Part shown: piece by piece, positions 60,445 through 64,000 of the stretch
Numbering within the stretch: position 1 is the stretch's first letter
Layout: each line of letters begins with the position of its first letter
DNA from: Deltaproteobacteria bacterium
GTDB taxonomy: Bacteria; Myxococcota; Kuafuiibacteriia; Kuafuiibacteriales; Kuafuiibacteriaceae
DNA: 64,000 nt
Direction of reading: 5' to 3'
Assembly: GCA_040218735.1 (NCBI GenBank)
Contig: JAVJQW010000061.1
Location: forward strand, 96,001 to 160,000
Notes under the pieces: generated by a model
The model's database searches: none
Told to the model about the DNA's origin: nothing
The model's input: only the letters and a program-made list of their open reading frames with translations
Made by a program: the position numbers and the translations under genes

Positions 60445-63400
60445 TCAGTTCGAGAGGCGGACGTTGTATTCGATCTTGCGACCGGGCGGCGCGTCGAAGC
60501 GCTCGGACCACGACGCGTTGTCGTGTCGCACGCGGAGCAGGTAGCTCCCCTCGTAGATCTCGAGGGCGTCCATCGGCGCCGTGCCGACCTTCTTGCCGTT
60601 GAGCATGATCGTCGCGCCGTCGGGGGCGTTCACGACGAGCGAGCTCGTGCCGAAGGTGATGCGATCCTTGTGCTCGCCGCCCGCGCGGATGCGGTAGCGG
60701 CGGTACACGTTGATGCCCGTGCGTTTGTCCGTGAACCGGAGCTTGTGACGACCGGTCGGCAGCTGCGTCGTGAGCGGCGTGCGACCCAGCGAGTGGGTGT
60801 CGACGAACACGTAGACCCGCGGCTCGGATTCGAGCGTGAGCGTGCCGGTGCGGAGCTTCGGCGGGGCCTCGACGGGCTCGCCGTTTTCGTCGACCGCCTC
60901 CGGGTCCGTCTCGGCCATCGCCGGGGTCTCCGGATCGGCCGGCTCGTCGTCCTCGGGATCGGGGGCAGCGCCTTCCTTGCCCGCGTTTTCGATCGCCGCC
61001 CGCACGAGCTCCTTGGGGAGCTTGTGGCGCTCGGGCGCTTCGTCGAGGCCCTTCGGCGGCTCCTTCGGGAACGCGAAGATGAAGACGAGGATCGCGGCCG
61101 CGACCGCGACGATGATGAACAGCAGGCTGCGCGAGCCGTCGCCCTCGCGTTTGCTGAAGTTGGTGATCGACGAGTCGTCGCGGATCGGCGCCTTCGGCGT
61201 CGCCGCGGGCGCGGGACGAGGCAAGGACGCCGACCCGTTCGCGGAACGACCGACGAAGCTCCCGGGCACGCCGGGCTGCGGCGGCCCTTGCGCCGGCCGC
61301 GGCACGTCGGCCGTCGCGATCATGTGCTGCGGGGTCTGCGACGAGTACACCGGGGGGACCTCGTGCGGCGCCTGCGCGCCCGGCGCGCTGCCCGGCTGGC
61401 CCCACTGCGGCGCGCCCGGTTGGCCCGGGTGCGTGCCCGGCTGGCCCCACTGCGGCGCGCCCGGCTGACCGGGGTGCGTGCCCGGCTGGCCCCACTGCGG
61501 AGCGCCCGGCTGACCGGGGTGGGTCCCCGGCTGCCCCCACTGCGGCGCCACGCCCGGCGCGCTGCCCGGCTGGCCCCACTGCGGCGCGCCCGGCTGAGGC
61601 TGCGGCGCCTGGGGGTGGACGCCCGGCTGCGTGCCCGGCTGGCCCCACTGCGGCCCGGCCCACTGCGGCGCGCCCGGCTGCGCCTGAGGCGGAACGACCT
61701 GCGGTGCGACCGGCACCCCGGGGGCGCTCGACGGCGCCTGCGGATGCGCGGGCATCGGCGCCGGCGACGGAACGCCGGGAGAAGGCGCCTGCGCCTGCGC
61801 CGCGGCGGGCGCCGGCGGACCGGCCACGGGGGTCGCGGCCGTCGGCACCGGACCGGCCATCGGCGGGGAAGTCGGTGCCACCGGCGCTTGGCCGGCCATC
61901 GGCGCGTGTGCGGAGCTCGGCGAGGACGTCGGCGCCTGCGCGGTGCCGGCCATCGGGACCTGCCCGGCCGGCGCCTGGCCATCCAGCGGCGAGCTCGGCG
62001 AAGTCGTCGGCGCCTGCGCGGAGTCGGCCAGCGGCGACTGCGCGGCGATCGGCGAGGACGTCGGGGCCTGCCCGGCGGGCGCCTGGCCAGCCGGCGGCGA
62101 GCTCGACGAGGACGGATCGACCGGGATCGCGGCGCTCGGCGTCTGCACCGTCGGCGCCGCGAGCTCGGCGGGATCCGCCGCGACGTGGGTGTCGGTCGGC
62201 GCGCGGTCCGGCGCGCCCGGGGCCGCGAGATCCGCGGCGGCGTCGATCGCTTCGCGCACGCCCTTCGACACCACGGCCGGCGACGGCAGCGCGTCGGGCG
62301 ACTCGGTCACCTGCGTGTCCCAGCCCTGCGCCTCCCCGCCCGGGAAGGCCGGCAGCGCGGCCGGCGCGGAGAACGCCGCGGGGTCGAGCGGCGCTGAAGG
62401 ATCCGGATCGACCTCGAGGTCCCCCGTCGGCGCGGCCTGCGCCTGCGTGGGCTCGTCTTCGTCCATGCCCACCGGCACCGGGCTCGGCGCGAGGCGCGAA
62501 GCGACGGCGGCCGGATCCTCGACCACCGTGACCTCTTCGCGCGGAAGCGGCTCGCGCAGCCCACCGGTCACGGGGCCGGGTCGCGACGCCTCGAACAGGT
62601 CGGCGTCCACGCCCTCGGGCGCTTCGTCCGGGCGCGACAGCACGGTCACGGTGTCCGGATCGTCGGCGGAGTCGAGCAGCTCGCGTCGGCTCTTTCGTTC
62701 GGGCGCGGACGGCGGAATCAGGCCGCCCACCAGCGAGGCGACGTCCTCGTGCGACGGCATCTCCACGCCGTCGTCCGCGAGCGCCTTCTCGATCGCCTCG
62801 CGCATGATGTCGACGGTGTCGAAGCGGTCGACGCCGCGCTTCGCCATGGCGGTCGCGGCGATGTTCCCGAGCCGGCCCGCGAGCCCCGTGGCCTCCAGCA
62901 GCGGCGGATCTCCGGTGAGCACCGCGCGCTCGACGTCGCTCGCACCCGCGTAGGGCGCGTGGCCCGCGACCAGCTCGTAGAGCACGGCGCCGATCGCGTA
63001 CACGTCACTCGCCGGGCTCGCGGTGGCCTTGCCCCCGATGATCTGCTCCGGCGCGAAGTACACGAACTTGTCCGCCGCGGGTGTGCCGTGCTGCGTCGGC
63101 GCGAGCACCGAGGCACCGTAGCCGGTGACCATCGCCTCGCCCCTGAACGTGATGAGGATGGTGTCGGGCCGGACGCCCCCGTGCACGATCGGCCGCCCCG
63201 CGTAGCGCGACTGCCCCTCCTCGTGCGCGTGGTGCACGCCCTGGCAGATGTCGACGATGATGCGCGCCGCGATCCGCGGATCGATCGGCCTAAACTCCTC
63301 GCGCGCCCGGGAGAGCACCTTCGCGAGCGGCTCCGCGTCGGCGAAGTCGACGATGCGCGCCCAGCCTTCGTCGAAACACTCCAACCCGTGGACCCGGATG

Positions 63401-63615
63401 ATGTTCGGATGCCGAAGCTGGGTGACGAACGCGGTCTCGCGCTGGAGACGCGCGACGGCTTTGGGGTCGCTGGTGACGTCGTCCGGCAACCAGACGACCA
63501 CGACCGGACGGTCCCGCCGCGGCACGCCCGCCACGACCTCACATCCGAGGAAGGCGCGGGACTGGGCACCGGAGAGGAGCGGCCCGAAGACCGCGTATTG
63601 CCTGGCTTCCGGCAT
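60445..63615 (-). CDS. Ser/Thr pseudokinase with Pro/Gln-rich repeats, TM and PEGA domains
   Basis: Kinase fold (LRHPNII, YFAPEQ, SDVYAIG) but VVVVW, HGGVRPD and TGYG replace VAIK, HRD and DFG; PEGA SLGRTPL and KVGTAPM. Confidence 0.82.
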   Translation of the reverse strand: MPEARQYAVFGPLLSGAQSRAFLGCEVVAGVPRRDRPVVVVWLPDDVTSDPKAVARLQRETAFVTQLRHPNIIRVHGLECFDEGWARIVDFADAEPLAKVLSRAREEFRPIDPRIAARIIVDICQGVHHAHEEGQSRYAGRPIVHGGVRPDTILITFRGEAMVTGYGASVLAPTQHGTPAADKFVYFAPEQIIGGKATASPASDVYAIGAVLYELVAGHAPYAGASDVERAVLTGDPPLLEATGLAGRLGNIAATAMAKRGVDRFDTVDIMREAIEKALADDGVEMPSHEDVASLVGGLIPPSAPERKSRRELLDSADDPDTVTVLSRPDEAPEGVDADLFEASRPGPVTGGLREPLPREEVTVVEDPAAVASRLAPSPVPVGMDEDEPTQAQAAPTGDLEVDPDPSAPLDPAAFSAPAALPAFPGGEAQGWDTQVTESPDALPSPAVVSKGVREAIDAAADLAAPGAPDRAPTDTHVAADPAELAAPTVQTPSAAIPVDPSSSSSPPAGQAPAGQAPTSSPIAAQSPLADSAQAPTTSPSSPLDGQAPAGQVPMAGTAQAPTSSPSSAHAPMAGQAPVAPTSPPMAGPVPTAATPVAGPPAPAAAQAQAPSPGVPSPAPMPAHPQAPSSAPGVPVAPQVVPPQAQPGAPQWAGPQWGQPGTQPGVHPQAPQPQPGAPQWGQPGSAPGVAPQWGQPGTHPGQPGAPQWGQPGTHPGQPGAPQWGQPGTHPGQPGAPQWGQPGSAPGAQAPHEVPPVYSSQTPQHMIATADVPRPAQGPPQPGVPGSFVGRSANGSASLPRPAPAATPKAPIRDDSSITNFSKREGDGSRSLLFIIVAVAAAILVFIFAFPKEPPKGLDEAPERHKLPKELVRAAIENAGKEGAAPDPEDDEPADPETPAMAETDPEAVDENGEPVEAPPKLRTGTLTLESEPRVYVFVDTHSLGRTPLTTQLPTGRHKLRFTDKRTGINVYRRYRIRAGGEHKDRITFGTSSLVVNAPDGATIMLNGKKVGTAPMDALEIYEGSYLLRVRHDNASWSERFDAPPGRKIEYNVRLSN
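61391..61680 (-). repeat. Intragenic tandem repeat, 45-nt core unit encoding [15 protein letters not shown]
   Basis: cccggctggccccactgcgg-like units at about 61391, 61436, 61481, 61526, 61565, 61634. Confidence 0.85.
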
Positions 63616-63737
63616 TACTCTGACTTGCTTATCCGAGATACGGCACAAAACGGCAAGATTTTGGGCGGATCCCCATGCGCGCGCGCACGCAGGACAGCCT
63701 CGCCAAGTTGTGCGGTAGAGTCCCGTCCAACGTGACG

Positions 63738-64000
63738 ATGGAGAACGCCCACCGAATCAGCCTCACGCTCCTGCTCGCCGGCCTGACGGTCGCCTGCGGG
63801 GGATCCGCGAAACAAGCACCGCCGCCTCCACCGCCGGCCGCCGCACGCCCGGCGCCGCCGAGCGGGCCGACGCGGACCGACTTCAAGACCATCGCGAAGC
63901 TGCTGATGAAGCGCTGTGTCGCGGGCGGGTGGATCAACGAGTGGCGCTCCGAGCAGCCCGACATCGACACACCTCGGCCGAAGATCCACGTCCGCGACTT
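63738..64000 (+). CDS. Lipoprotein, possibly LpoB-like, truncated by the window edge
   Basis: Not in ORF track; [32 protein letters not shown]...[14 protein letters not shown]...RPKIHVRD, open to the end of the window. Confidence 0.6.
   Translation, partial: MENAHRISLTLLLAGLTVACGGSAKQAPPPPPPAAARPAPPSGPTRTDFKTIAKLLMKRCVAGGWINEWRSEQPDIDTPRPKIHVRD

Noticed and set aside
61391-61680. Regularly spaced repeats as a possible CRISPR array
   Set aside because: In-frame coding repeats with near-identical intervening sequence; no unique spacers and no cas genes.

Overview
GC-rich bacterial window, most likely from a Myxococcota-like organism. Supporting signs are a MYXO-CTERM sorting signal, several Ser/Thr kinases, FHA and PEGA domains, and many lipoproteins. 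I call about 52 protein genes and one tRNA-Phe(GAA), and found no rRNA, CRISPR array, integrase or transposase. The main candidate for an undescribed system is the divergent locus at 1-14015. Its rightward operon encodes a hexaheme c lipoprotein, an outer-membrane beta-barrel, a 2x cNMP-binding/4x Fe-S/putative di-heme-b membrane protein, an FHA-FHA/heptaheme c/ferredoxin/circularly permuted FAD-NAD(P)H oxidoreductase fusion and a Rossmann-fold enzyme. Its leftward operon encodes an ECF sigma, an anti-sigma-like protein, a transglutaminase-TPR protein and c7-polymer-like multiheme cytochromes. Together these look like a cytoplasm-to-surface electron conduit gated by cyclic nucleotides and phosphothreonine; that function is inferred. 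A second notable block (25.5-35.7 kb) combines kinases, a kinase-STAND-WD40 protein, an FHA-AAA+ activator lacking GAFTGA but carrying an OmpR-type wHTH, and an mddA-like gene with phased direct repeats upstream. Four genes absent from the ORF track were read by hand: a partial cytochrome, a DUF1328 protein, a 38-aa peptide ending CCPFC and a partial lipoprotein. All family assignments come from motif recognition by eye, not database searches.
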